NCBI GenBank assembly: GCA_965655095.1
Contig: OZ296659.1
Location: 54,746,001-54,810,000, forward strand
Source: Haplodiscus bocki
Lineage: Eukaryota
Direction: 5' to 3'
Length of the DNA stretch: 64,000 nucleotides
Made by a program: the position numbers and the translations under genes. Below the pieces are notes generated by a model. That model saw only the letters and a list, made by a program, of their open reading frames with translations. It made no database searches and was not told where the DNA came from. Positions 1 to 13,033 of the stretch are shown piece after piece. Every line of letters begins with the position of its first letter. Position 1 is the stretch's first letter.

Positions 1-383
1 CCAGATTATGGATCCGGTCAATTCGACAACAGATCCAACAGAACCTCTGCCCAACCGGGCACTTTCCCTCGAAGGTGGCAAAGTCAAAACGATTTTCAAG
101 CCAATTTTCGAACGATAGTTGGACTGCACCTGACCCCGGCTTCCAACAAGATGAATATATCGAATGAGATTTAGATGATGTTTGGCTTGCAGAAAAAGAA
201 ACTGACATGAAAGAACATATTACTGACTTTTAAGCAGTCTATGAAGGAGGAATTTCTATGCCCCAAAGAACACCATACAATGATGAAGAAGCGGTTGAAG
301 TTGAGGAGAAAAGATTTACATTTGAGCATCATGAACAACCAGATCGAAAAAAAACGTCTTGTGGTAATCCTTGGTTCCGATAA
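1..383 (+). pseudogene. Acidic C-terminal tail of Polinton family B pPolB (duplicate of 35435-35817)
   Basis: Near-identical to the sequence starting at 35435, which follows the family B pPolB end; encodes WTAPDPGFQQDEYIE*DLDDV. Confidence 0.6.
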
Positions 384-434
384 GGAAATATAGCCTTTCT
401 ACATCTAATTCATAAAAAATTTCATTCATATAGA

Positions 435-1013
435 CACTTTTTCATTTTTGTTTTGTTCGAATGTTAGCCTCCCATAATATCACAAAATATCAAGGTCGAC
501 TTATTGTAAATATTCGACATAAGTGGGAAGACATTTTTTTGATAAGACTCTATGCACAGCTTGTAGAGCCAGCTTGAGCCGAGCAACTACGTTGATAAAG
601 TCCCAGTTATACAGAAAACCACAGATCGAAAACGCTACCGTTCCCATGCTATAGCGAATAGTTCGCAAAGGACGCTGCTTGATCAAGAGATGAGTTTATG
701 TGGGTCGAAATAAAACCGTCTAAATGTTTGTTTACAATTCATATTTAAAGAAATCAAGGGTTTAGAAAAGACGAGAGCATTCAAGGCTGCAGCGCAGCGG
801 CCGGTCCCATTAGTCGTGTCACAACAAACAACTCGAAAGGGATGAGAATTGAAGAAATGGAGCTCGTGAATACAAATCAAATACAAGTTTACGGAGCACA
901 CGCGCAGTGAAAAACCTTAGCATGTGGGAATGAGACTCACTAATAGACCATACAAAGGCGCTTCAAATGCCCACCTTGGCGAAAACCTGGAAATGCACAA
1001 TTTACTAAAACAG
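435..1013 (+). pseudogene. Polinton family B minor capsid (penton) remnant, duplicate of about 35870-36450
   Basis: Broken reading FCSNVSLP*Y...IFDISG...QVY...HVGMRLTN...RRFKCPPWRK resembles family A penton motifs (LISNAS, ITLSGDW, ILGDTQT, FSNLQWK). Confidence 0.45.
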
Positions 1014-1589
1014 CAAACTCGTGAAAAAAAATTGGCGAAATTAAGAATGCATGGGGGAACACTAGCGCTCGCAAACAACTCCTCCCCCCTCGATAGCACA
1101 CTTCATGTCAGTTCGAAGGGTTTCAACCCCGCGCTGAGAAGTTCCTAGTTGCAGATATATTCACAGAAAGCAAGAAAAAAACAATTTGGAAAAGTTTTTT
1201 CAACCGAAGTCGTTCAACGATGGCAAAAATTCTTTAAACGCCGAACAAAACAATCGTCCAATGGTACCAACCGCCAACATGGGGGAACCTAGACATGGAG
1301 AGTGTCAAAAAACATCGAAAAATGCGAAGAGAAAATAATTCCTCCTGAGCCAAAAATCGAGGAAAATCCATTGAAAGATTATTAGCGACCGGGAAAACAG
1401 CCCCTGATAGGTCACTTCATGGTGGTTCGAAAATATTTAACCCCCCTACGCCTTGAGATAATACCATGCGGATACAATTAAAAAGAGAAAAACTGAAAAA
1501 ATTATCAACTAGCAGTTTCTCCCAATTGAACAAAAGTTGATCGGGAAGTTGACCTAATGAGCTTCAATAAGCGAAACTCTATTATAGGT

Positions 1590-1780
1590 CTAAACTCCGG
1601 TAAATCTAATAAGGCGGCCGGTTACCACTGGCATATTATGCGCCTTACCATGTTGGTAAAGATGCCTTTTTGAACGAAAGCGTTTTTTCCAAAATACTCC
1701 GTTCTTCATCATATTTTTAAATTCTTCCAACTTTAAAAAGCTTATGATTTTTAGCCGAAAAATCGCGCTAAAACTTGGTA
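1590..1780 (-). repeat. Dispersed repeat fragment (also about 11545-11730, 37025-37210; related copies near 54300-54480, 59560-59780, 62640-62830)
   Basis: The reverse complement GCGCATAATATGCCAGTGGTAACCGGCCGCCTTATT matches ACGCAAAATATGCCGGTGGTAGCAGGCTGTCTT (about 59745) and similar motifs at about 54450 and 62800. Confidence 0.6.
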
Positions 1781-1984
1781 TACGCGGCTTTTGGGGCAAG
1801 TGTTAGAGTCCCCTCTTGTTTATACACCTCGTGTTGTCCGAAATTTTCCGATTGGATCTCTCCTACAGGTTCGATTCACTCCTACAATTCAATTTACCGA
1901 GTATGGCGCCACTATTATAGCATGGAGAATACATTTTCTATAAGGAACTCAGAACGAGAAACTATGATAGCTCCTTTTCAAATA

Positions 1985-2448
1985 CAGTAATCCCTCGATT
2001 TATCGCCAGCATTCATGCTTCATCTTTCCTGTCGGATAACTGAGGGTGGCGGTTAAACGAGAGTAGACCCCAGTTGAATCATCCACTTTTCAACAACGCG
2101 TTGGAAATAATTTTTCCACCAAAAAACAGTATTTATTTCTATTGACAAACAACATTTTAACACGTTTTTGGCAAGGTGTTTTGAAGCCAACCAATGTAGC
2201 CAACACAGACCGATACTTTCCTGAAAGGACGAAACCTGTTAGTTAGTTCAAATTATTTGCAGTTCGAGTGAGGAAGCTTTCAAACATGTGGCGGTTATTT
2301 ATGAGGGACGAAAACTGCAATTGGACAAATTCCACGGGCGGAGGCGGATAAGAGAGTTTGGCGTTTATTTACACCCAGCGAAAAACCTTCCACGGCGTTA
2401 GCGCGAAGGTGGCGGTTGATCGAGTCGCGGATAATCAAGGGATTACTG
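1985..2448. mobile_element. Tc1/mariner (pogo/Tigger-like) MITE
   Basis: TIRs CAGTAATCCCTCGATTTATCGC / GCGGATAATCAAGGGATTACTG, flanked by TA at 1983-1984 and 2449-2450; no transposase. Confidence 0.85.
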
Positions 2449-2717
2449 TACCAAAAAACCACAAAACCATGTTTTTCGGGACCAGCTGTTCTCGGCTTGT
2501 AGCTTGTATAATCAATTTCGGAGATATACTGGTAAAAAAAATTAATCAAAAAAATTCTCAACTAAAAACAATTTAAAACCAATGACCCGAATCTATTTAG
2601 AAACCTGTATTTACAATTTATCGAAACAAGAAAAATAAAACTGTACATGTTGCATTTACAATCCTATTATATGTTCCTGTAACGAAAACTGTAACAATTC
2701 ATCGTATTTCTTGCCAG

Positions 2718-3077
2718 TCAACTAGAACCAAAATGAGCGAAAGAATAAATCCGAAAAGAAGCAGAAACAGGACAAAACTTTTCACCCCGATCAACAGGTA
2801 AATATTCTCTCTCGACATAAAAACTCTCCACAGGTTTCACACACCCCCTAGAAGCCATATGATTATTTGGAGAGGGTGCATAGCATAAAGCGAGATCACT
2901 TTGGCTAATTTCTCGCCAGTTGTCGAGATTGTTTTTACTCTGTCTGTGGCAACATGGGGACGGAAAAGGCAATTTGAAGTTGTATCCATTTATGGTGGAG
3001 TTGCTTTCTTGACTTTTGACCCATCTGGATACGAGCCAGTCATCTGGACCGGACACGCCACAGCATCCGAACCTGAC
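2718..3077 (-). pseudogene. Duplicated tetraspanin terminal exon, frameshifted before TM4
   Basis: Acceptor TTTTAG|GTC is intact. Reads VRFGCCGVSGPDDW...PSPCC...GCVKPVESF, then an indel near 2810-2820 shifts the frame (YVEREYL...). Confidence 0.85.
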
Positions 3078-3646
3078 CTAAAACACAGTTTGTTAATAGA
3101 TATTAATTAGGCAGGCAAGTAGTAAAGGAAGGGGGGGAGGTTGCTGCAATTTTTGACTCCCAAACCAAAAAAATTCGAAGTCAAAAAGGCCAAAGTACCA
3201 AATCAACCGAAACTGAATTTCGTTTACCAAGCACACAGTAAGTAAAACAACTGTCAATAATCTGTCAGAAGGCAAATTTTCTACTTTGATCTCACTGTTG
3301 GAAACCGAAACTGACCAAAACCAATAAAATTGATTGTCGACTGTCTTTTTTGAAAATTTCAAACTGATAAATCCTTTTCTCAACTATTGTAACGCAAGCA
3401 AAAATCAGCTTCTCGAACTATTACTAACCAGCACACCATCTAGAAAAGTTCTGTTTTACTTTTATTTAAATTCAATTTATCGGAAAACGGGAACCAGCAG
3501 AAAAAAGTCGTGGTCCATTGAAAATGGAAAATGAACAAAAACAAAAAATTCGAACGTTTCCGGCATGTTTTGCGTGAAGCTGACAATTGAACACCTCGGG
3601 ACGACGACTTTTGCGTGTTACACATCTGTTAATTCGAACCTGTACA

Positions 3647-6600
3647 ATGTTTCCCTGTTGTAAATGTGATAAATTGTTGAGCTCAAAACTTGCTTTAAAT
3701 GATCACAAGCGAAAGAAGCACAATTTTGAAGTCATTGATTTGGTCAAAGTTTTCACATGTGGTCATTGTGAGGTTTCTTTCGCAAAGTCTTGCAATGTAT
3801 TGCGCCATCTGAAGAGCCAAGGCAAATCATCGGGCAACTATCAATGTTTCTCTAGTCCAACCTACTTTGGAAACCTCTGAACAATGACTCAACACCAAGA
3901 ACAGTATCATAGCGATGTATCTCTTGGTAGACCGAATATCAACGTCTCCGATCTACTCGATTTCACAACTGAACCAGTTAATTCTAAATTTCAATTTCAT
4001 CGACTCGAGCTTGAGGACTCGGATGGTTTGGAACCGTTCAACTACATTATTTCTCAGAAAGATGGAATCATTGCATTTGTGAAATCTTTATTGAGCGTGA
4101 CCCCAAACGTTAAACTCGGTCTAAGCATTGCAGTGAAACTGGAAAAGCCTTTGGAGAGCGAGGTAGTAAAGCTTTTTTCAATTCGACTATGTCTCGGGTT
4201 TCTTCTACGCTCACCGATGTCGAGTTTTTGCAGGATATGGATCCCTTGATAACACAGTTGAATGTCTACGCCACAGGTGGTTCGGGATGGGCGGTGGGAA
4301 TATTAACACGATTGGAAATCAAAACAGTCTCCTGTAGTAAAGTTAATGCCGGCTCATATATAGAAAAGCCACCAATTTTCAAACCACTGAATCCCTCAAT
4401 TTCGAATGTTGTGAAGAAACGTGATAACTTCTGCTTCTTGTATTGTGTTGCAGCTGCTCTATTCTCTTTCATCCGAAGAGCTAATAGTCCAAAGACCCAT
4501 AAAAAAACATCGAGCGACTGTCTTTCAACTCAAAGCTATTGCCAATACCTCTGTCCGCCATTCCATTTTTTGAAAAACGGATTTGTTGCTCAATCAATGT
4601 TTATCAGATGGAGAACTCCAAGTTGGTGTCCGTGTATCATAGTAAGAATCGAAAAGGGAGGCACAAAATTGACCTTCTCTGCCTAATAGATAACCAAGAC
4701 AGTCATTATTGCCTGGTTAAAAATTTTTCGAATTTTATTCATTTCCTAAATAGGTCCAGAAGGAAGCAGGACAAGGGACCAGAATCCCGCTTTTGCCGAA
4801 CCTGCTTCCAACAGATAATTAAAAAGATTTTCGAGAAACACGTTTCGTTTTGCGAAAGTAACACAACGCTTCAGATTCGAATGCCTCTTGAGTCACCAAC
4901 CACTGAGTTCGTCATTTGGGAGAAAACACAAAAGAGTCCTTTTGTTGTTTGTGCTGACCTTGAAGCAATCAATGTGACTTCAGCACAATTTCCTCGAACT
5001 AAAGGTCGGACAAGAGAAATTGAAAGGCAGCATGCAGCCAGCTTTGGAGCAGTCCTGGTTGATTCTAGGAATTAGTTAAACTTTGCATATATCTCCGTGA
5101 GGTTTTGGAAAAAATCTAATCTTTACCCCTACTGTTGCTCTTATTCAAAATTTAACTTGATTGTAGTCAATGTGATTTTCGTTTCAGCGAGTGGAATTGT
5201 TAAACAAGGTTTCTACCGGAGATTGGATTGTATTGAAGAGTTGTTGGATACGTTGCGTGATTGGGTATTTTGGTGCTATGGTGAAAAACACGTTTAAGAC
5301 GTTTAGGGGTTTCGGAGCAGCAGCGAAAGCGGATGTTAAACTTGGCAAATGTTTCGTGCTGCTTATGTGGCATGGATGTCGAAATATCAGCTCGAGTGAT
5401 TCATCACTGTCATTTTCCGGGAACAATTTTTGGCGCTGCCCATTCAAAATGAAATTTGAGAGCCAGAACGACGAAGTTCTTACCAGTCTTTTTCCACAAT
5501 TTATCGAGATACGATGCTTACCAGATTTTGAAACACCTGAAACTAAAGGTGGGTGAAGAGCTGTCCGCAACTGCCAAAACTGATGAAACATTCATTTCAT
5601 TCAGCATCAATATACCTGTCGGCACTTACAGAAAGCAATCGGGACAACTGGTTGAAATGTATCAATCTCTTCGCTTCCTCGACAGTTATCAATTTGTTTC
5701 TCAAAGTCTAGAGAATCTCGCTAAAACACTGAAAAAAGATGACTTAATTTTACTTCAGCAATTCTTTCACAACGTTCCGGACCAAGTTTTTTTCAGGCTC
5801 GCTCAGAAAGGTTTTTTCCTTACGTTACCTCGACAGTTTCGAAAAATTCAAAGAGCCTTTTCCAAACTATGCTGAAGCTTGGAAAATAGCCTCATTGGTG
5901 AAATCGATATTACTTATTCTGGCTATTAACATGCAGTCAGTGTTTAGAAAGATTTTGGTTGCCAAAACCTGGGAGACTATCAGGACTTGTATCTAAAAAC
6001 TGATGTGCTTCTTTTACCTGATATTTGTGAAAAGTTTAGAAGTGTCTGCCTAAATGTTTATAGGCTGGATTCCTCTCATTTTAATTCGGCTCCGAATTTG
6101 AGCTGGGAGTCTATGCTCATTTCAACAAGGGTTAAGTTGGGACTGTTGCAAGACATTGACATGCTATTAATTTTTGAACGTGGCATTCGCGGTGGAATTA
6201 ATGGAGTTGGAGATCTACGTCATTTCACCGCAAACAATGCTCAATTCCACAATTTTGATCCGAGCCAACAAACGACATTCAGCGCTTTTTACGATGTAAC
6301 ATCACTTCACGCAAAAAATGATGCTTTTAGATAACTACCGGTGGAACACAGAAATCAACATCGAGCAAATTTCGCAAACTTCTGAAAATTAAAGCGTTGG
6401 GTACTTTGTAGAAGTTGATCTGAAATATCCCCAATATCTACACGATCTGCAGAATGGACTGCTTTTAGCACCTGAAAAGTTGATCATACGGTCCTCATGG
6501 CTTTCACTTTTTGAAGTCTTTCGGAATTAAAAGTTATAAAGTTATAAAGTTTGTCCAATCCTCAGCAAGCACAAACATTTGATCAGAGAGCAACTTTCAA

Positions 6601-7929
6601 ATCCTTCCAGATTATCAAGCAAGATTTGGTTTCTGTATCTTTCGAAAAATCGTATGTGGTATGGACAAAGCCTACTCGTGTGGAAGTTGCCATTCTAGAC
6701 TTGCCCAAATTGTCTTTGTAAAAGTTTAAATACGAAGAAACGATCCCTCGCTATTGGTCAAGTCAATTGAAAGTAGCCTATAAAGACACCGACTTTCTGT
6801 TATACTGGATTGAAACCCCTGATCTCTGAAAAGATATGGCGTCATTCAAACACTTCCTTGATCTTTCAGATCACCCACAAGATCACTTTTGTGGTGATCC
6901 AACAAATAGCAAAGTTCCGCTAGCCATGACAGGTGAAGTACTACGCAAAGTTTTACGCGGAGTTGTTTGTTTACGATCCAAACTGTATAGCATCAATTAC
7001 GTTGGTGGGTTGAAACAGAGCGAGAAACGCGTACAATAGTCAGTTAAAAAGACTTTACATCACGATTTATTTAGACATTGCCCACTCTCAAAAGACAAAG
7101 TTGCCCGAACAATGACACAGTTGCGTTCACACTTTCATCAAATTGTAGTCATTGAGATTGATAAAGTCGCAGTCAGCTCATTTGACTACAAACGCTTCCT
7201 TCTGGAGAATGGTATTTCTTCACTTCCTTATGGGCGCTACAAAACTGGAAACACCTTCAGTGACACTACAAATCGACAAACAGGTCGGTGTTTCAAAATG
7301 TTCGCAATTCTTTGGTTTCTTCAACTACAGTCTTTGGGAAACTCTTTACACTTTTTCTTCTGTTAGAGTACTCAAATTGTTACGATTTTTCGTCACTCTA
7401 TAGTGACTCAACCTCTTTCACTGGTAGTTCCTCTTCTTCCACTAGTGACCTTAACTCTGAGTCGTCGAATTACAGCGAGAAAACGGAACCTGGTGGCTCT
7501 CCGCATGATAGGCTCAAAACATTACCTTCTTCTTGTAAATGGTGGCAAAAGCAAAAATTTTCTTTCCGTAACATCAAACTTCTACAGCAGTTACATTTTC
7601 ATTGGTGTTTAAATACGTATGGTAAATGCTTGCGTGGTTCTTTTTTTATCTGTTCGTTATAGTCGAGGCTTTCTATTTTAGCACCGAACACAGATACTGG
7701 TTTCAACCAGCCTCCTATATGGGATAGCGATCTATCCGACGTTGCTGACTGGGATCAACTATCTTCAATGGCTAACGATAATGATGACTCTTCTAGTCAA
7801 GGCCAAATACGCCCCTTCATTGACTGGGAAGCCGAAGGAGAAGACCCAGTAGATGTGCTAGCTTGCAAAAGAAACAGGAAGCGAGCCTGCTTTAGCGAAG
7901 GCAGTGACACGGATGAAACTGTGGCCTAA
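3647..7929 (+). pseudogene. POLB: Protein-primed family B DNA polymerase (copy 1), with N-terminal C2H2 fingers and predicted introns; motif B deleted
   Basis: CKCDK...H...H and CGHC zinc fingers, GSGW, ADLEA, FHNLSRYD, RFLDS, YLKTDVLLL, GIRGG, YDVTSL, YKDTD; several stops and frameshifts. Confidence 0.9.
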
Positions 7930-8002
7930 AAATTACTAAACTATCAACGTCCTCGCAACAAAGTCTTGCCATAAACTTCGAAATCATTACAAATCGACAA
8001 AA

Positions 8003-8548
8003 TTACCAGCTTCTATATTTAAATTGACTATATTTAACATGTTCATTAAGGAAGCGTACTATATCAATTTCAAAGGTTTTCATTAAAGTGGGATTTTTTT
8101 GCAGTCTGTAGACGTTGAAGGGTTTCCTGATCAAATAGTGTACTATATACCAGCAGTACAGACCAAAGGTTAGAATGAAGGTTTTGCAAAGGTAGATTGA
8201 TCGCTTGGAATCCTCCGCATTTTCCGTATAGGTTCCAGAGTCTCCTGTTAGAATTGATCGTAATAGCATAGAGGCCTGCCGAGGCAATCCCAAACAAAAA
8301 TTCCAATGTGATCACCATTGTGTCGATTGCACACAGCATAATCCAATGCTCAGCGCTTTTATTTGACGGCGAGGAGTTTCTTATTTGAAATTTTCAAGCT
8401 TGGTTCTTTTGTTCAGGGTACTGGTTTCCTGTTTTTCTACGTAGTCTATCTTGCATTTAGGGAAATTGTCCGACGACCAAACGCCACCAAAAATGTGCAA
8501 TGCACTGGAACAATTTGTTGCAAATTTTGCAATTGGGATATTATCCAT
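8003..8548 (-). pseudogene. PRO: Adenain-type cysteine protease (copy 1)
   Basis: FGGVWSSDNFP, EHWI, VWDCLG, PLQNLHSNL/GLYC; a frameshift falls at the catalytic Cys. Confidence 0.82.
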
Positions 8549-8573
8549 CGAATAATGCATTCTTGGCGATGTT

Positions 8574-9814
8574 TCAAGCACAATCGGTTAACACTTGACT
8601 GAACCGCTGGCCAATTCGAAATAATCCAAATGCATCTTCAAGAGCAGTGGAAAAATACAATTTCAAGGTTCAACTCGGCCAGTGAGTTCGGGAAACAAAT
8701 TTGAGCTTGCGCTAGCCTCTTCCGTTGATGTTATAACGGAAACGAGGAAAAAATTATTGACCTCGAAACCTTTCAATTTTATTCCGCTTCCATTTTTGGT
8801 AAAACCAAGAGCCGTAATTGTATTGTAATAGAGCGTAACCTTGATGCTCGTGTCTATTGGTGTCCCAGCGCTAAATTTTTACACGATGTGGGTTGAACTT
8901 CTGGTTGGAAAAAGGCGAATACTTTAGAGCTGTACTTCGAAACAGCGAAGTTTTGACCATACACAAAGCTAACCTTCTAATTGGCTCCGTTCCAAACACG
9001 TTTTCTTTCACAAAAAAGCTTTGACCTGCTTGAATGATGAAACTTTTGTTAAAAATTTCAATATAGGGGTAAAAAGCCGAACCCTTTACGAGAGCTTTCT
9101 CACTGTCCGTAACCACTAGTTTCCTCATAAAGAGATGCTTTCTCAAAAATTGCTTGCACTTTACAATCAAGCACCTTAGCTTCGTCATCGGTTCCCTTCA
9201 TAAAAAGCATCGTGTTACTGGGAGAAGGAAAAGTCGTAAATGAAGTGTGACGCCGGGTACCAAAAGTTTCTCCTAGTTAAAAAATTCAATATGTAATGCT
9301 CCAAAGAGCTCGGTCGTGCATCGTTTTTGGCGGACAAAATCCACCTTCAATTTATTGAACTGCTGATTTTACTCAGTTTTTTTGCCAACTAATCATACCC
9401 CTGACACTTTGTCCAAGTTTGCTTTCCGTTTGTGTTATCTGTAAGTTCGGGTTCGAGGAACGCAGCATGAAAATAACAGTTGTTGCTGTGTGAAATGAGT
9501 TTACCGTCCAAAAACAATTCAGCGTCGGAGAACATTTTGTGAACCGTGTTGTTCGAAAAAACTAATGGATGATCATTGACTTTGGTGCGGGTCTTCCCGT
9601 CCTCCGTGTAGACTCCAACTTTTACACTCAACAGAATACGATTCAAGTCAATCAAGTTTTTTTGCTTCACCTGTAACAAAAAAGTCCAACTGGCGCCGCA
9701 ACATCCTACATATGGGAAATCCTCGTGATCGTAGGAACCTTCGTAATTGATTAACACGTTCCGCTTCTCAAAAAATTCTAGAGCGCTGTGAGTGACCCGG
9801 ATCTCAATTTCCAT
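8574..9814 (-). pseudogene. PY: Major capsid protein (double jelly-roll), copy 1
   Basis: HSALEFF, NLIDLNRILL, NNTVHKMFSDAELFLDGKLISHSNNCYFHAAFLE, KLLVPGVTLHLRL, ENVFGTEPIRRL match Polinton MCP patterns. Confidence 0.85.
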
Positions 9815-9818
9815 CGCA

Positions 9819-10495
9819 CTACCAGAAAAAGTCGTTGTTTTTGCAGCTGTTGGTAGGGCCAGATTGCTTGCTCTTTTTCCTTGTTGTCGGTGTGGTTTTA
9901 CTATCAAGCAAACTGAATTTCAGATAGAATATCTGACCGAATTCTCTTGGCGGGACTTGATTTGGAAATGGTTTGTGTCGTTGTCGATTCGGGCAAGGAT
10001 GCTGTTGAAATGTTCCGTCGCTTTCGATTTGTACTGCCGGTCCGCCGCGGCCATCCCCTCGCGCACCATCCGGCCGCCTCCGGAACGCGCCGCCCGCTGC
10101 CGTGCAACGGTCGCCCCGACCGAGCGGCCAGCAAATCTTGGCGCCGAGGTCTTTATAGTCTTCTTGGTGGCAGTCTCTAGAGCATTTTTCAACATCTTGC
10201 CACTGAGTCTCTTCTTCCCGGCCAAAAGCTGAGCAATTTCAGGTAGTGCCGCTTCCAACAAATTTCTTCCAGGTTGTTTAGGTACCGGCAAAACGTACCT
10301 CCGCACAAATGGAATTGCCAATCTTCCCATTCGCATGGCAAACGCGGCCAAGCCACCAGCACCCGCTCCCATTTGGCATGCCGGGCCGCTAAAAGAGGCG
10401 TTTCGGTGAGTTCCACGATGATGATTGTGATTACTTCGTATTTGAGAATCACATTCAGCATCCATATTTTTGTGTGTAATCAGCCAACTAAACAT
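9819..10495 (-). pseudogene. Basic, Gly/Ala/Arg-rich virion core protein (PM/pX-like), most complete in this copy
   Basis: FSGPACQMGAGAGG...RLAIPFVRRYVLP...GRNLLEAA, located between penton and MCP; locally GC-rich; C-terminus frameshifted. Confidence 0.65.
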
Positions 10496-10639
10496 AAATA
10501 CACACGACTAACTTATGTAATGATCATTAAACCGTTGGTAAAACTGTTTCGTTCCGTGACTGATTGTCAAATGGCGTCGACTAGAGAGAAGAATAAACAA
10601 CCTTCTTCTGCTTGGTTATCCCTCGGTTAATCGTTCTCG

Positions 10640-10969
10640 TCAACATGGCTTGGTCCTAAGTGCCAAAGTAATGCTTGTGCGGCCGCAGCTCAAAAAGGGC
10701 ATCATTTCACCCATTTCATTGGCCAGAGTCAGAGTGATTGATTGAGATTGTGAATTGTATAATTGTTTCCACTGCAAATTTGAAAAACTCATTTGGTTCA
10801 CTTCTTTCCTTCGTCGTTGGTCCATCGACAACAAGCTTTCAAGTGGAATGGAACGCAAAAAAGCAGTTTGTGTCACCCAGGATCTCATTTCCAGTCAAGT
10901 CGCATTACAAAAACATTGTGTGATTTCCGGTTTTCCAGTCAACCGGCCATTGACCTGATTTCTTTACAA
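10640..10969 (-). pseudogene. PX: Minor capsid (penton) C-terminal fragment, copy 1
   Basis: Same sequence as 45996-46325 (TAFLRSIPL...FSNLQWK...MPFLSCGRTSITLALR). Confidence 0.75.
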
Positions 10970-11942
10970 AATTGTGAAAAAAAATTGGCGAAATTAAGAA
11001 TGCATGGGGGAACACCAGCGCTCGCAAACAACTCCTCCCCCCCCCCTCGATAGCACACTTCATGTCAGTTCGAAGGGTTTCAACCCCGCGCTGAGAAGTT
11101 CCTAGTTGCAGAGATATTCACAGAAAGCAAGAAAAAAACAATTTGGACAAGTTTTTTCAACCGAAGTCGTTCAAGGATGGCAAAATTTCTTTAAACGCTT
11201 TAAACAAAACAATCGTCCAATGGTACCAACCGCCACCATGGGGGAACCTAGACATGGAGAGTGTCAAAAAACATCGAAAAATGCGAAGAGAAAATAATTC
11301 CTCCTGAGCCAAAAATCGAGGAAAATCCATTGAAAGATTATTAGCGACCGGGAAAACAACCCCTGATAGGTCACTTCATGGTGGTTCGAAAATAATTAAC
11401 CCCACTACGCCTTGGGATGATACCATGCGGATACAATTATAAAGAGAAAAATTTATCAACTAGCAGTTTCTCCCAATTGAACAAAAGTTGATCGGGAAGT
11501 TGACCTATTGAGTTTCAATAGGCGAAACTCTATTATAGGTCTAAACTCCGGTAAATCTAATAAGGCGGCCGGTTACCACTGGCATATTATGCGCCTTACC
11601 ATTTTGGTAAAGATGCCTTTTTGAATGAAAGCGTTTTTTTTTTCCAAAATACTCCGTTCTTCATCAGATTTTTAAATTCTTCCAACTTTAAAAATCTTAT
11701 GATTTTTAGCCAAAAAATCGCGCTAAAACGTGGTATACGCGGCTTTTGGTGCAAAGGTTAGAGTCCCCTCTTGTTTATACACCTCGTGTTGTCCGAAATT
11801 TTCCGATTGGATCCCTCCTCCTACAGGTTCGATTCACTCCTACAATTCAATTTACCGAGCATGGCGCCACTATTATAGCATGGAGAATACATTTTCTATA
11901 AGGAACTCAGAACGAGAAACTATGATAGCTCCTTTTCAAATA

Positions 11943-12406
11943 CATTAATACCTCGATTTATCGCCAGCATTCATGCTTCATCTTTCCTGTCGGATAACTG
12001 AGGGTGGCGGTTAAACGAGAGTAGACCCCAGTTGAATCATCCACTTTTCAACAACGCGTTGGAAATAATTTTTCCACCAAAAAACAGTATTTATTTCTAT
12101 TGACAAACAACATTTTAACACGTTTTTGGCAAGGTGTTTTGAAGCCAACCAATGTAGCGAACACAGACCGATACTTTCCTGAAAGGACGAAACCTGTTAG
12201 TTAGTTCAAATTATTTTCAGTTCGAGTGAGGAAGCTCTCAAACATGTGGCGGTTATTTATGAGGGACGAAAACTGCAATTGGATCAATTCCACGGGCGAA
12301 GGCGGATAAGAGAGTTTGGCGTTTATTTACACCCCGCGAGAAAGCTTTCACGGCGTTAGCGCGAAGGTGGCGGTTGATGGAGTCGCGGATAATCAAGGGA
12401 TTACTG
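11943..12406. mobile_element. Tc1/mariner MITE, duplicated copy
   Basis: Same element and flanks as 1985-2448; left TIR mutated (CATTAATACCTCG). Confidence 0.8.
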
Positions 12407-12796
12407 TACCAAAAATTTTCAAACCACAAAACCATGTTTTTCGGGACCAGCTGTTCTCGGCTTGTAGCTTGTATAATCAATTTCGGAGATATACTGGTAA
12501 AAAACATTACTCAAAAAATTCTAAACTATAAACAATTTAAAACCAATGACCCAAATCTATTTAGAAACCTGTATTTACAATTTATCGAAACAAGAAAAAT
12601 AAAACTGTACATGTTGCATTTACAATCCTATTATATGTTCCTGTAACGAAAACTGTAACAATTCATCGTATTTCTTGCCAGTCAACTAGAACCAAAATGA
12701 GCGAAAGAATAAATCCGAAAAGAAGCAGAAACAGGACAAAACTTTTCACCCCGATCAACAGGTAAATATTCTCCTTTAAAAAACTCTCCACAGGTT

Positions 12797-13033
12797 TCAC
12801 ACACCCCCTAGAAGCCATATGATTATTTGGAGAGGGTGCATAGCATAAAGCGAGATCACTTTGGCTAATTTCTCGCCAGTTGTCGAGATTGTTTTTACTC
12901 TGTGGCAACATGGGGACGGAAAAGGCAATTTGAAGTTGTATCCATTTATGGTGGAGTTGCTTTCTTGACTTTTGACCCATCTGGATACGAGCCAGTCATC
13001 TGGACCGGACACGCCACAGCATCCGAACCTGAC
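12797..13033 (-). pseudogene. Duplicated tetraspanin terminal exon with a 4-bp deletion
   Basis: Acceptor intact; VRFGCCG...PSPCCHR then a frameshift (TGTC missing near 12900); the TM4 sequence remains out of frame down to 12663. Confidence 0.85.

Larger units (their letters stand above)
1014..10969. repeat. Segmental duplication unit 1 (spacer, MITE, tetraspanin last exon, left part of Polinton A)
   Basis: Repeated at a 9956-bp offset from about 10970 to 18666, and homologous to about 36448-46325. The junction at 10967-10969 has CAA microhomology. Confidence 0.9.
3118..10969 (+). mobile_element. Polinton A, right-truncated copy 1
   Basis: Starts AGTAGTAAAGGAAGGGG after the same CAGGCA flank as the full copy; colinear with 38562-46325; ends inside the penton gene. 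Confidence 0.92.

Noticed and set aside
5069-5187. GA donor (TCTAG|GAATTA) for pPolB intron 1
   Set aside because: It gives phase 2 and an early stop (AGC GAG TGG AAT TGT TAA); the mutated GTTAGT donor two bases later fits the frame.
7284-7403. Alternative acceptor CTATAG at 7403 for intron 2
   Set aside because: It leads to a frame that stops at 7612 and never reaches the conserved acidic motif; the 7366 acceptor has the stronger pyrimidine tract.
9792-10630. Plus-strand ORFs over the core gene
   Set aside because: Antisense shadows of a GC-rich coding region.
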